In this document: positions 10,454 through 19,993 of the stretch, one piece after another | Layout: each line of letters begins with the position of its first letter | How positions within the stretch are numbered: the stretch's first letter is position 1 | Origin: Fervidobacterium sp. | Lineage (GTDB): Bacteria > Thermotogota > Thermotogae > Thermotogales > Fervidobacteriaceae | Direction: 5' to 3' | Length of the DNA stretch: 64,000 nucleotides | Assembly: GCA_049970055.1 (NCBI GenBank) | Contig: JBMFNR010000001.1 | Span: 448,001 to 512,000, forward strand | Position numbers and translations under genes: made by a program | Notes under the pieces: model-generated | Seen by the model: only the letters and a program-made list of their open reading frames with translations | Databases searched by the model: none | What the model was told of the DNA's origin: nothing

Positions 10454-11491
10454 TTATACGTAAAGTTTTTCAAATAATTCCCTTATAGCCTTTGATTCCC
10501 TTAAAATATTCAGCGCAACTTCCGCATGTCCTTTTGTGTAGCCATTTCCTATTATCATCGTTACATCTTTTCCGACACCTTCCGCTCCAAGCGCAGCCCT
10601 TGTGAAAGATGTTGCCATACTAAAGAAGTAAACAATTCCATCATCTTTAGTTATTAGTATCGAAGACATCTCAGTTGCAGGAACATTTACGTTGTTTATA
10701 ACAACATCGCAATACTTACCACCGGTGACTTCCATAACTTTCTGGTATACTTCAACAGGTTTTGTTGCATCTACAATGATGACGTGATGGGCAAGTCTAA
10801 GTTCTTCGATGCGTTTCGCATTCTGCGGTGAATATTCAACCACGATAACCTTTCCATCTTTCCCCACAGCTTTCATCGCTTCGTAAGCACACAGCACACC
10901 CGATTTCCCGCCACCACCGATAATACACACAGTCATTCCGGGTTTCACAAGCTTTCGCGTCTGTGCGGGAGCACCTGCAACGTCTAAAACAGCGAGTGCG
11001 AGTTTTTCAGGTATATCACCTGGTAATTTTGCGTATATACCGCTTTCGAAAAGGATTGCCTTTCCCTTAATATCAACTTGATCAGTCTCTATATTGACTT
11101 TTAAGATTTCATCTATCCTCAAAGGTGTAAGCGACAAACTTACAAGTGTTGCAATTTTATCCCCAACTTTTAAATCTGTTGGAAAATCTGGACCGATTTC
11201 TTCGACTATACCTATAAGCATTCCACCAGAGCCTGTAACTGGATTTTGTAACTTACCACGTTCGTTGACAATTTTGAGTATTGTATCCTTTATACAATCA
11301 ACATTTTCGTGACAAGATTCTTCAATCTGCGTAAAACTCGCTGAATCAACATTCAGTGTTTTGACATCGATCAGTAATTCGTTTGTATAGATTTCCATGT
11401 TGTTATCAATCTTTGTTGCCGATTGTGGAAGTGTGCCTTTTGGTTCAATAACCCTGTGTGTACCAAACGGGCAGCCTTTAATATTTTTCAT
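10454..11491 (-). CDS. kdd: L-erythro-3,5-diaminohexanoate dehydrogenase
   Basis: GTHRVIEPKG, NPVTGSGGM, ATLVSLSLTPL, GGGGKSG. Confidence 0.93.
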   Translation of the reverse strand: MKNIKGCPFGTHRVIEPKGTLPQSATKIDNNMEIYTNELLIDVKTLNVDSASFTQIEESCHENVDCIKDTILKIVNERGKLQNPVTGSGGMLIGIVEEIGPDFPTDLKVGDKIATLVSLSLTPLRIDEILKVNIETDQVDIKGKAILFESGIYAKLPGDIPEKLALAVLDVAGAPAQTRKLVKPGMTVCIIGGGGKSGVLCAYEAMKAVGKDGKVIVVEYSPQNAKRIEELRLAHHVIIVDATKPVEVYQKVMEVTGGKYCDVVINNVNVPATEMSSILITKDDGIVYFFSMATSFTRAALGAEGVGKDVTMIIGNGYTKGHAEVALNILRESKAIRELFEKLYV

Positions 11492-12315
11492 TTAATTTCC
11501 CTCCTAATACCTAATATAACTCTTGTTTCGTCCGGAGTTGCAATTTCCCTACCAACTTCACGTGCGATTCTCACAATACGTTCAACGAGTTGTGCATTTG
11601 ATTTTGCAAGTTCTCCTTTGCGGTAGTATATATTATCCTCAAAGCCAACACGCACATGCCCCCCCATCACAATCGCGTGAACTGCCAACGGTAGTTCGTA
11701 TCTACCTATGCCTGCAACGGACCATGTGCATCCTTGAGGAATTTTATTCACTAGAAACACTAAATCTTCTATATTTCCAGTCATAGCTCCAGGTACACCG
11801 AGTACGAAATCAAAGTGTAAAGGTAATTCGAGAAGCCCTTTTTTAACAAGTCTCAAAGCGTTCTCTATCATTCCTGGTTCAAATATTTCTATCTCTGGTT
11901 TGATGCCTTTTTCTTTCATCCGATTGGCAAGTAATTCCATAAACGATGGAGAGTTCATAAAGACATCATTACCAAAATTACAAGATCCCGCGGAAAGCGT
12001 TGCCATTTCCGGCTCTGCATCAAGACACTGTATCCTTTCTTCTGGTTTGTGCCACACGGCCCCACCGGTTGAAAATTGGATGATTATATCGCATCCTTTT
12101 TCTCTAATTTTTCTCTTAATCTCAGCGTATACTTCTTTCGATTGTGTTGGTGTGCCATCTGGCATACGTGCGTGAATATGGGCAATCGAGGCACCTGCTT
12201 GCCAACATCTGTACACTTCCTCAGCAATTTCGTCAGGTGTTATTGGTAGATTCGGTTGCTGCTGCTTTGTAACTTCCGCGCCCGTTACGGCAACCGTAAT
12301 TATGAGTTTGTCCAT
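11488..12315 (-). CDS. kce: 3-keto-5-aminohexanoate cleavage enzyme
   Basis: IITVAVTGAE, HIHAR Zn motif, STGG, RVGFEDN. Confidence 0.93.
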   Translation of the reverse strand: MDKLIITVAVTGAEVTKQQQPNLPITPDEIAEEVYRCWQAGASIAHIHARMPDGTPTQSKEVYAEIKRKIREKGCDIIIQFSTGGAVWHKPEERIQCLDAEPEMATLSAGSCNFGNDVFMNSPSFMELLANRMKEKGIKPEIEIFEPGMIENALRLVKKGLLELPLHFDFVLGVPGAMTGNIEDLVFLVNKIPQGCTWSVAGIGRYELPLAVHAIVMGGHVRVGFEDNIYYRKGELAKSNAQLVERIVRIAREVGREIATPDETRVILGIRREIK

Positions 12316-12328
12316 CCAAACTCACCTC

Positions 12329-12751
12329 TCATTTATTTCTATATCTTTGTTTTTCTAAAGGAACAACGCACGTACCACTTGCTTTGCAAACTAAGATAGG
12401 TTTTTCAATTACTTCCGCTGCACTGTCGTTTATATCCGGTCTTGACCTTATCACTTTGTAAGCTTCAAATTTCATCTTTCTTGAAGTTCTTCCTACCTCT
12501 ACTATCTCACCATACGCTTCTATGTAATCACCGGCGAAAACCGGGGCAAGAAATTCCACACTATCGTACGCTCTAAATAAACCTTCATCGCCATCGTATC
12601 TGATCAATAGTTCAGTTGCAACATCACCAAAAAGTTGCAGCATTTTAGCTCCGTCAACAAGATTGCCACCGTAGTGCGCATCAGCCTGGCTCATCCTTAC
12701 TCTTATCATAGCTTTGAGTAAACCGTTTTCATTTTCTTGTGCTTCTATCAT
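12329..12751 (-). CDS. kal: 3-aminobutyryl-CoA ammonia-lyase (hotdog fold)
   Basis: [26 protein letters not shown]; operon context. Confidence 0.92.
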   Translation of the reverse strand: MIEAQENENGLLKAMIRVRMSQADAHYGGNLVDGAKMLQLFGDVATELLIRYDGDEGLFRAYDSVEFLAPVFAGDYIEAYGEIVEVGRTSRKMKFEAYKVIRSRPDINDSAAEVIEKPILVCKASGTCVVPLEKQRYRNK

Positions 12752-12808
12752 AGAATCGCCTCCCAAACTACCGCAAGGTAATGAAGAGCTACAATAAAAA
12801 GTTAATAG

Positions 12809-13456
12809 TTAAAATCTCTTGAGATTTTCTGAGACAATCAATTTTGCCTCTGTGAGTTTCAAAACCTCTTCTAGCGTCGTTTCTTCCGCTATTTCTTCCA
12901 ATAACAAGCCATCATCTGTCGGTCTTATCACTGCAAGTTCTGTGACAATTAAATCCACTCTCCTTACAGAAGTAAGTGGGAGCGTACACTTCTTTAATAT
13001 CTTCGTTTCACCCTTTGCCGTATGTGTCATCGCCACAATCACTCTTTTCGCTCCTGTCACAAGATCCATGGCACCACCCATGCCTGGAATCATCTTCCCT
13101 GGAATCATCCAATTTGCCAAGTGCCCTTCCTCGTCTACTTGCAGTCCACCAAGTACAGTAACATCGAGGTGTCCACCTCTTATCATGGCGAATGAAAACG
13201 CGCTATCGAATGTCATCGAGCCCGGTAAAGCTGTAACAAACCCGGCGCCAGCGTTTGTTAAATCTTTATTTTCAAATCCCTTCTCAGGTTCAGGACCCAT
13301 TCCGATTATGCCATTTTCACTTTGGAAAAACACATGCACGCCTTTAGGAATGTAGTTTGCAACAAGCGTTGGTAGACCTATCCCAAGGTTAACTAAATCA
13401 CCTTCTTTTAATTCTTGAGCAACTCTTTTTGCTATCTTCTCTTTCGGGTCAATCAT
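12809..13456 (-). CDS. atoA: Acetoacetate/butyrate CoA-transferase beta subunit
   Basis: VNLGIGLPT, catalytic [12 protein letters not shown]. Confidence 0.9.
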   Translation of the reverse strand: MIDPKEKIAKRVAQELKEGDLVNLGIGLPTLVANYIPKGVHVFFQSENGIIGMGPEPEKGFENKDLTNAGAGFVTALPGSMTFDSAFSFAMIRGGHLDVTVLGGLQVDEEGHLANWMIPGKMIPGMGGAMDLVTGAKRVIVAMTHTAKGETKILKKCTLPLTSVRRVDLIVTELAVIRPTDDGLLLEEIAEETTLEEVLKLTEAKLIVSENLKRF

Positions 13457-13457
13457 C

Positions 13458-14108
13458 TCATTTCACCCCCACCACAACGTAATCAACAAGTACACCTGGT
13501 GTTCTGACTTCATTGGGTGCTATTGCTCCAACTGGTACTATTTCTTCAACTTCTACAATAACCAAGTCAGCAGCCATCGCCATCAACGGATTGAAATTTT
13601 CAGCTGTAAAATTGTAAACCAAATTACCAAAATAATCGCATTTTTTTGCCTTAATGAGTGCAACGTCTGCCTTCAAAGGCGATTCGAGTAAGTATTTTTT
13701 CCCGTTAATCTCTATTACTTGCTTTCCGTTCTCAACAATAGTCCCAACACCTGTGGGTGTCAAAATACCGCCAAGCCCCGCCCCGCCTGCTCGTACTCTT
13801 TCCGCCAATGTACCTTGCGGTACAAGTTCAACATCAAGTTCACCCTCAATCATCTGCCTTTGCGTTTCTGGATTTGTTCCAATGTGTGAAACAATAACTT
13901 TCTTGCAAAGTTTATTAACTATCAATTTTCCGATGCCTCGATCGGGCATAGCCGTATCATTCGCTATAACAGTGAGGTTTCCAATGCGCCTCTCAACGAT
14001 CTTATCTATCAACCCTTCTGGAGTACCAACTCCGAGAAAACCGCCGATCATAACTGTCATCCCAGGTTTTATAAATTCAACTGCCTCATCATGTGTTATA
14101 ACTTTCAA
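13458..14108 (-). CDS. atoD: Acetoacetate/butyrate CoA-transferase alpha subunit
   Basis: [30 protein letters not shown]. Confidence 0.9.
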   Translation of the reverse strand: MKVITHDEAVEFIKPGMTVMIGGFLGVGTPEGLIDKIVERRIGNLTVIANDTAMPDRGIGKLIVNKLCKKVIVSHIGTNPETQRQMIEGELDVELVPQGTLAERVRAGGAGLGGILTPTGVGTIVENGKQVIEINGKKYLLESPLKADVALIKAKKCDYFGNLVYNFTAENFNPLMAMAADLVIVEVEEIVPVGAIAPNEVRTPGVLVDYVVVGVK

Positions 14109-14123
14109 TGTAATGCCCCCCTT

Positions 14124-14194
14124 TCAAGGATATTTCAAAAAGATATTTCACACAAATTCCCAGGATATTCTCAAGGATATTCTCAAGGTATTCT
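14124..14194. repeat. Six imperfect 11-12 bp tandem repeats (consensus TCAAGGATATT[C]) in the lysine-operon leader
   Basis: tcaaggatatt tcaaaagatatt tcacacaaatt cccaggatattc tcaaggatattc tcaaggtattc read directly. Confidence 0.75.
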
Positions 14195-14378
14195 AAAAAA
14201 ACAATTGCACAACTTTCACCTACGTATCAGTATAACACTTTTATATTTGTATTTCTAATGTAACAAACTTAACAAAAATAAAGCATAAACTAGCATAAAA
14301 GAGATTTCAAAAGCTACATAGAGCTTGATCTTGAAAAATAGTGCATTAGTAAACCTAAAATAATCACAAAAATGTACT

Positions 14379-14406
14379 TTGATTAAATAAAAAAATGCTG
14401 TATAAT
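14379..14406 (+). promoter_or_regulatory. Putative sigma70 promoter of the FN3 lipoprotein gene
   Basis: TTGATT-16-TATAAT. Confidence 0.55.
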
Positions 14407-14464
14407 AATGCCGTATAGTAAGATCTTGTAGCCTAAATTAAAATTAATACGAAAGGGGTGCTTA

Positions 14465-16660
14465 ATGGTGAATAAAAAGCAGAAATTTCTTTCTTTTATG
14501 TTTATTTTAATCTTGCTATTATCAGCTCAGTCATGCGTAACACCTAAAAGTGATAATAAACCTGTTCTTATCTACCCAGCCAACGGAAGTACAAATTTAC
14601 CCTTTAACAATCTAACGGTTGAATTCAAAGCCATTACGGGGCTTAAGTACGATGTAATTGTGAAAAGCGAAGACTCTCAGAATATCTACAGCACATCAAT
14701 TACATCAACTAGCGAAGTGGTTGATGTAACTATTCCTAAGGGAAAATTAGAGCCAGGCAAAAAGTACAAATGGTATGTGAGAATTCACAATGATGACTCA
14801 AAAGCAAGTTCTCTTTGGACGTTCACAACAACACAGAACACGGCGCCAACCGTTTCTACTCTTAAACCTGACGGTACAAGCGATCATCCTTTCGGCGCGC
14901 TTGCACTAACATGGAATATTACTGATCCTGATGGTGACGATCTAACTTCGACAATCAGGATATACGAAGTAGGTAAAGATGTCCCCGTGGTTGAATTAAG
15001 AGTAGGCACCGATACCTGTGTTGTGAAGAATTTAAAACAACTGACCCAATACATTTGGGAAGTGGAAGTTCAAGATCCATGGGGAGGGGTTGCGAAGTCG
15101 AACCGAGCTACGTTTAGAACCAAGCAAAACGTACCGCCACAAAGCATCGAACTGAAAAGTCCTGTGAATAACTCTACGGATATAAAATTTAATGACTTGC
15201 TACTCCAATGGCAAGGCTCTGATCCAGATTACGAAGACTTAAAATATACTATTTACCTTTACAAATCATCCGAGATGCCGAACAAACCGCTTGTCAGTAA
15301 CTCGACACAGACCGAATTCTTGGTTACGGGACTTGAGCCATTGACAGATTACAGTATCGATATCGAAGCAATCGATACGTACGGGGAAAGTCTACGTAAG
15401 TCATTCAAATTCAAAACAAAAGAAAATACACCTCCACAAAAACCAACTTTAATCGAACCGGTGGATAACTCGAGAATTAATCTTGCTAAGGTAAACACGC
15501 TCAGTTTTAAATGGAAAAGTTCAAAAGATGTTGACGAAGATGTTGTTAGTTACAGATTCGTCATAACTGATGGGGCTAACAGTAGATCGATGTATCCACT
15601 CAGTGTAACGGAACTTTCATTCGGTAACTTAAGTGACTTTTTCAAAAAAGGTAAGAGATACACTTGGTACGTGGAGGCAAAGGATCCACATGGTGGGACA
15701 ACAAAAAGTGATGAGTTTATATTCGAAGCTTTCTTGAACAATCCGCCTTCTGTTCCATCGAATCCATACCCATCCGACGGTGCAGTTAATTTACCAAACA
15801 GGATTCCACAATTTTCTTGGTCGTCTTCGGATAGTGATGGAGACTCTTTGAAATATGACTTGTACATCGGGAAGACCAGAGATGATTTGAAATTAGTCGC
15901 GTCAGACTTGGCAACTAATAGCTATTCCACACCTATGCTCTTTGATTTCGGAACAACGTACTATTGGAAAATTGTTGTGAAAGACGGTTTCAACGAACCA
16001 GTCGAAGGACCCGTGTGGAAATTCACCGTGACCAATCAAGATAATCCACCCACAAAGCCTGTTTTAATTTCGCCTGCAAACGGGCAATCTGGTGTTGTAT
16101 TCAACAACATAGCATTAAAATGGAAAGCAAGTACAGATATAGAAACACCACCGGAAAATCTTATCTACTATGTGTATCTCGGTAAAGCCGATGCAATGGA
16201 CTTAGTGGCTCAGGTAACAGGTCAAAGTACAAATGAGATCATTGCAGCAGGTATTAATCTAAAACCATCAACAACGTATTATTGGCGTGTAGAGGTTAAA
16301 GATACTTTTGGCAATTACGCTTACAGTGAAACAAATGCATTCACAACAAAATCGAACACAGCGCCGAATTGGCCAAAAAGCCCAAATCCCGCGGATGGAA
16401 GCACAATAACGGTTTCTTCAACGCCTGCTGAAATAACAATGACTTGGGATGCGAGTGATCCGGATGGGGACAACCTTACGTACGAAATTCAGATTAGCAA
16501 GGCAGAAAACCTCACTGGTGCCCAGGTATTCTATACAAGCACTAGGAGTGTAAAGATAACGCTAGATGATGTTGGAACTTATTATTGGCGAGTTACTGCA
16601 AAAGACCCGCATGGAGGATCTACGGAAGGAAACGTTTGGTCGTTTGAGGTAAAAAAATGA
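14465..16660 (+). CDS. Surface lipoprotein with about 7 fibronectin type III/Ig-like repeats
   Basis: Lipobox AQS|C; repeated NxxP...W..sDxDgD.L.Y...YyW.V.a.D units. Confidence 0.8.
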   Translation: MVNKKQKFLSFMFILILLLSAQSCVTPKSDNKPVLIYPANGSTNLPFNNLTVEFKAITGLKYDVIVKSEDSQNIYSTSITSTSEVVDVTIPKGKLEPGKKYKWYVRIHNDDSKASSLWTFTTTQNTAPTVSTLKPDGTSDHPFGALALTWNITDPDGDDLTSTIRIYEVGKDVPVVELRVGTDTCVVKNLKQLTQYIWEVEVQDPWGGVAKSNRATFRTKQNVPPQSIELKSPVNNSTDIKFNDLLLQWQGSDPDYEDLKYTIYLYKSSEMPNKPLVSNSTQTEFLVTGLEPLTDYSIDIEAIDTYGESLRKSFKFKTKENTPPQKPTLIEPVDNSRINLAKVNTLSFKWKSSKDVDEDVVSYRFVITDGANSRSMYPLSVTELSFGNLSDFFKKGKRYTWYVEAKDPHGGTTKSDEFIFEAFLNNPPSVPSNPYPSDGAVNLPNRIPQFSWSSSDSDGDSLKYDLYIGKTRDDLKLVASDLATNSYSTPMLFDFGTTYYWKIVVKDGFNEPVEGPVWKFTVTNQDNPPTKPVLISPANGQSGVVFNNIALKWKASTDIETPPENLIYYVYLGKADAMDLVAQVTGQSTNEIIAAGINLKPSTTYYWRVEVKDTFGNYAYSETNAFTTKSNTAPNWPKSPNPADGSTITVSSTPAEITMTWDASDPDGDNLTYEIQISKAENLTGAQVFYTSTRSVKITLDDVGTYYWRVTAKDPHGGSTEGNVWSFEVKK

Positions 16661-16676
16661 GATAAACAAAAAATAA

Positions 16677-16713
16677 AAAACCACGGTAGCAATGTGCTAC
16701 CGTGGTTTTATTT
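16677..16713. terminator. Bidirectional terminator
   Basis: AAAACCACGGTAGCA-atg-TGCTACCGTGGTTTT. Confidence 0.85.
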
Positions 16714-16722
16714 CATTTGATA

Positions 16723-16926
16723 TTAAAATAACACTAACGCTAAGTAATCTATCGCAGTGTCAACAATCAGGTGGTAAACTTCCCTTGGTATCTGCAAATT
16801 TAGTTCATCGTACAATTCGTCCATAAGCTCCATGGCTTCTTTTTTCTTCTTTTCACCTTCACCTGGTCTTTCAACAAGGATCATGAAGAGTTTCAAAATA
16901 TCCCAAAGCCAGTTCAAAGGATTCAT
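16723..16926 (-). CDS. Small protein resembling the C-terminal part of LL-H-type phage holins
   Basis: VERPGEGEKKKKEAMELM...LQIP...IVDTAID pattern; GGTGGTGA RBS; last gene of a 3-gene operon. Confidence 0.5.
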   Translation of the reverse strand: MNPLNWLWDILKLFMILVERPGEGEKKKKEAMELMDELYDELNLQIPREVYHLIVDTAIDYLALVLF

Positions 16927-16956
16927 CGTATCACCAACCAATTCCGGGTACGTGCT

Positions 16957-17175
16957 TTACTCAATGAGATTAATTAACACTTGCGTGTTCGTTTCTGTGA
17001 TTCTTACTTCGTCTGGATCAAATCCTTCGGGAACAACGTGTAGCGTTTTTAACATTTGTAAATCTTGTTCAAGCTCGGCAACGTTAATATTCTCAACCGG
17101 TTCTGGAATGTTGATTCTATAAGCTCTTGTCCGTGTTCCATCGAACTTTCTGTAGGTCAGTGTTAACTTTTTCAT
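16957..17175 (-). CDS. DUF2922-family small protein
   Basis: MKKLTLTY...G......INIPEPVEN...ITETNTQVL pattern; overlaps the upstream gene (ATGA). Confidence 0.7.
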   Translation of the reverse strand: MKKLTLTYRKFDGTRTRAYRINIPEPVENINVAELEQDLQMLKTLHVVPEGFDPDEVRITETNTQVLINLIE

Positions 17176-17372
17176 TGGATATCACCTACACTTTGGTTTA
17201 TCACAAGTTGTGCACTCTCACAAGTGTAATTAGAATACTTATCGAGTGTACTTAAAACTGTCTGGGCATCGGTAAGATTAAAAATATCATCAACAGTGAG
17301 GGCTTGTCTTTTGTAAATGGGTTCGTTGTTTTCATCATAACCTACGATCCACCTAATCACCAAACGCTTCAT
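17172..17372 (-). CDS. DUF1659-family small protein
   Basis: LVIRWIVGYDENNEPIYKRQ pattern typical of DUF1659; paired with DUF2922. Confidence 0.65.
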   Translation of the reverse strand: MKRLVIRWIVGYDENNEPIYKRQALTVDDIFNLTDAQTVLSTLDKYSNYTCESAQLVINQSVGDIQ

Positions 17373-17383
17373 ACAATAAAAAA

Positions 17384-17471
17384 CCCCCCTTTCTTTGTCG
17401 ATACATCATGCCTTTTTTACACTTACTTTGTCACCTGCGCAGGCAATACGATGTATCTACCAGAAAAGGGG
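17384..17471 (-). promoter_or_regulatory. Long imperfect inverted repeat covering the RBS of the DUF1659 gene
   Basis: mRNA arms CCCCUUUUCUGGUAGAUACAUCGUAUUGCCU / AGGCAUGAUGUAUCGACAAAGAAAGGGG. Confidence 0.65.
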
Positions 17472-17490
17472 ATTTAACATAAATGTTACA

Positions 17491-17712
17491 TTATTTTCTC
17501 TTCCAACCTCGAAGTGCGCTATAAATTATCCAAACAAGAAAAATTACGGCGACGACTGGTATCAAAGCAATTAGGAGGAAATAACCTACAGATAGCAAAA
17601 CTATTAAGAGCAAAATACTAAGTATCCATATAACCCAAGGTGCTAAAAATGGAAAGTAAGATATTAAGAGTACAAGCACTACGAGAGTGCATATGAGCAT
17701 GAATATGAACAA
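17491..17712 (-). CDS. Small hydrophobic membrane protein
   Basis: 73 aa, almost wholly hydrophobic, basic C-terminus; GGAGTG RBS. Confidence 0.65.
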   Translation of the reverse strand: MFIFMLICTLVVLVLLISYFPFLAPWVIWILSILLLIVLLSVGYFLLIALIPVVAVIFLVWIIYSALRGWKRK

Positions 17713-17739
17713 AAAATATCACTCCAATACCAGAAGATT

Positions 17740-19431
17740 TCATAAATTGTACTTTTCGAGTTTATAATACAATGTTCTAATACTTACACCTAACAATTGA
17801 GCTGCTTTTTCTTTATCGCCATTTGTCTGCTTAAGTGCCTCTTCGATAACCTTCTTCTCGTATCTTTCCAAAACTTCTTTCAACGGTCCAATTTTTACAA
17901 ACTCTTTCTCTTTCGATTTTTTGAGATCAGTCGATTCTGGAAGGTGCTTAACCTCAATTATCTTTTCCTCAGGGCCCATATTGATCATAACTCTTCCCAA
18001 GAAATTTTCGAGTTCTCGCACGTTTCCCGGCCAATCCCTGTTCACAAGGTACTTCATTACAGTTGGGCTTATACCTTCAACCATTCTACCGTACTGCTGG
18101 TTCAACTTCTTTACTATGTAAATCGCCAATTTTGGAATATCTTCTTTTCTATCTTTCAATGCCGGCAAGTAGATGGGGAAAACATTTAGTCGAAAGTAAA
18201 GATCTGGGAGAAATTCCCCGTTTTTTACCATTTTCTCCAGATCTACATTGGTAGCTGCAATAATTCGCACATCAACTTTTTTTACATTTCTTCCACCCAC
18301 AGGTACAAACTCTTTCGTTTCAATAAATCGCAAAAGCTTTGGCTGAAGCGAAAGTGGTAGCTTCCCAATTTCGTCAAGAAAAAGCGTCCCACCCTCAGCT
18401 TCCTCGATTAATCCTTTCTTTCCCCCCTTAACAGCGCCAGTGAATGCTCCTTCTTCGTAGCCAAAGAGTTCAGATTCGAGTATCGATTCAGGTATAGCAG
18501 CGCAATTCACACTTACAAAAGGTTTTGACCTTCTCGGACTTGAATTGTGAATTGCGTGAGCAAAAAGTTCTTTACCTGTACCACTCTCTCCCCTGAGTAG
18601 AACAGTGGCTGGTGTTTGCGCAACTTTTTTTGCTTGTTCCTTCGCAATCTTCATCAACTTACTCTCTCCAATTATATCATCAAACGTGTATTGGGCCCTC
18701 ATGTGCCTTATCATGCGCTTCACTTCTTCAAGTTCTGCGGTTAAGCGTAATATTTCAGATACATCGTGTACTACAGCAACGCTACCTTTGAACTGCCCTT
18801 TTACAAACAACGGTGTTGCGTTCACGATTACTTCTTTCTTTGCAGGACCAACCTTTAAACGCGCGTTGTAAATTGGTTGTCGTGTCCTTGCGATCAAAAG
18901 GTGTATGCTTTCACCTTCGGCGATGTCAACAGTCGCAAGCTTTCCAACGACTTCTTCAGGCGAATAGCCTGTAATTCGCGTATAAGCTCTGTTAACGAGC
19001 CGGACTATGCCATGCTCATCAGCAACACTAATCGCATCATTCGTGGATTCTATTATGGCCTTTAGCTGTGCCTCAATCTCTTTTAAATTTGTTACTTCCT
19101 CTGCAAGCTTTCGTATACTTGTGACGTCCCTGAAAACGGCAACCGCACCGAGTATATTCCCATTTTCATCACGGATTGGTATTCGTGATGTAATAATTAC
19201 AGAATTTTCTGTGTATTGGATCTGGTCTATCTCCGGAATTCCCGTCCTCACAACGATGTGTAGCCTTGTATTTTTTACAACTTCTTCAACAGGCATACCT
19301 ATAATATCCGGTGTTAAATTCAGAAGTTTACAAGCATTGTTATTAACATAAACTACCTTAGCATCCTTATCAACAATTATAATTCCTTCGATAATTGAAT
19401 CCAGCACGAACTTTAAGATTCTCTCCATCAA
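17740..19431 (-). CDS. PAS-PAS sigma54-dependent enhancer-binding transcriptional activator
   Basis: GESGTGKE, ESELFG, GAFTGA, LFLDEIG, WPGNVREL, C-terminal Fis-type HTH. Confidence 0.93.
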   Translation of the reverse strand: MMERILKFVLDSIIEGIIIVDKDAKVVYVNNNACKLLNLTPDIIGMPVEEVVKNTRLHIVVRTGIPEIDQIQYTENSVIITSRIPIRDENGNILGAVAVFRDVTSIRKLAEEVTNLKEIEAQLKAIIESTNDAISVADEHGIVRLVNRAYTRITGYSPEEVVGKLATVDIAEGESIHLLIARTRQPIYNARLKVGPAKKEVIVNATPLFVKGQFKGSVAVVHDVSEILRLTAELEEVKRMIRHMRAQYTFDDIIGESKLMKIAKEQAKKVAQTPATVLLRGESGTGKELFAHAIHNSSPRRSKPFVSVNCAAIPESILESELFGYEEGAFTGAVKGGKKGLIEEAEGGTLFLDEIGKLPLSLQPKLLRFIETKEFVPVGGRNVKKVDVRIIAATNVDLEKMVKNGEFLPDLYFRLNVFPIYLPALKDRKEDIPKLAIYIVKKLNQQYGRMVEGISPTVMKYLVNRDWPGNVRELENFLGRVMINMGPEEKIIEVKHLPESTDLKKSKEKEFVKIGPLKEVLERYEKKVIEEALKQTNGDKEKAAQLLGVSIRTLYYKLEKYNL

Positions 19432-19448
19432 CGTTTCCCGCCTTTATT

Positions 19449-19859
19449 TTATTCGCCGATTATCTTCACTATGACTCTTTTTCTTCTTTGTCCATCGAAC
19501 TCTGCGTAAAATATCTCTTCCCAGGGGCCCAAATCAAGTTTTCCATCGGTTACCGGGATTACCACCTGGTGATGAACAAGTATACGCTTTAAATGGGCAT
19601 CACCGTTAGTTTCACCTGTCATGTGGTGGTAGTAATTGTCCTCTGGTGCGAGTTTTTCAAGCCAATTCCATATATCTTTGTGTAGCCCGGATTCGTTGTC
19701 GTTGACAATGATACCAGCGGTAATATGCATCGCGGAAACCAAGCAAAATCCTTCCTTAATTCCACTTTTCTTAACAATCTCTTCAATTTTCGGCGTTATA
19801 TGGATAAGTTCTTTCTTTTTTTGTGTACTGAACCATAAATACTCCGTGTGTGATTTCAC
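19449..19859 (-). CDS. yjbQ: YjbQ/UPF0047 family protein
   Basis: MHITAG, YYHH...NGDAHLK, LGPWE..FYAEFDG. Confidence 0.88.
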   Translation of the reverse strand: MKSHTEYLWFSTQKKKELIHITPKIEEIVKKSGIKEGFCLVSAMHITAGIIVNDNESGLHKDIWNWLEKLAPEDNYYHHMTGETNGDAHLKRILVHHQVVIPVTDGKLDLGPWEEIFYAEFDGQRRKRVIVKIIGE

Positions 19860-19993
19860 AACGATTCACCTCCATAGAACGTTTTAGTAATTTCCAAAGT
19901 CTAATGATTAGAGGAACTATTACTTTTATTATACACTGATTTTCTGAATTTTAAAATCCTGTAAATTTAACTCTAAACGCAAAGGAGGTAGGT

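Noticed and set aside
14124..14194. Short repeats as a possible CRISPR array (also 28358-28417)
   Set aside because: Units are 10-12 bp with no unique spacers, and no cas genes are present.
12819..14196. Long plus-strand ORFs (178 and 180 aa) opposite atoA/atoD, and similar antisense ORFs across the window
   Set aside because: Shadow frames of well-supported genes; no RBS or recognisable motifs.
14207..14220. GG-N10-GC sigma54 promoter
   Set aside because: Spacing fits but the flanks match the consensus poorly and a sigma70-type -10 is nearby; not called as a feature.
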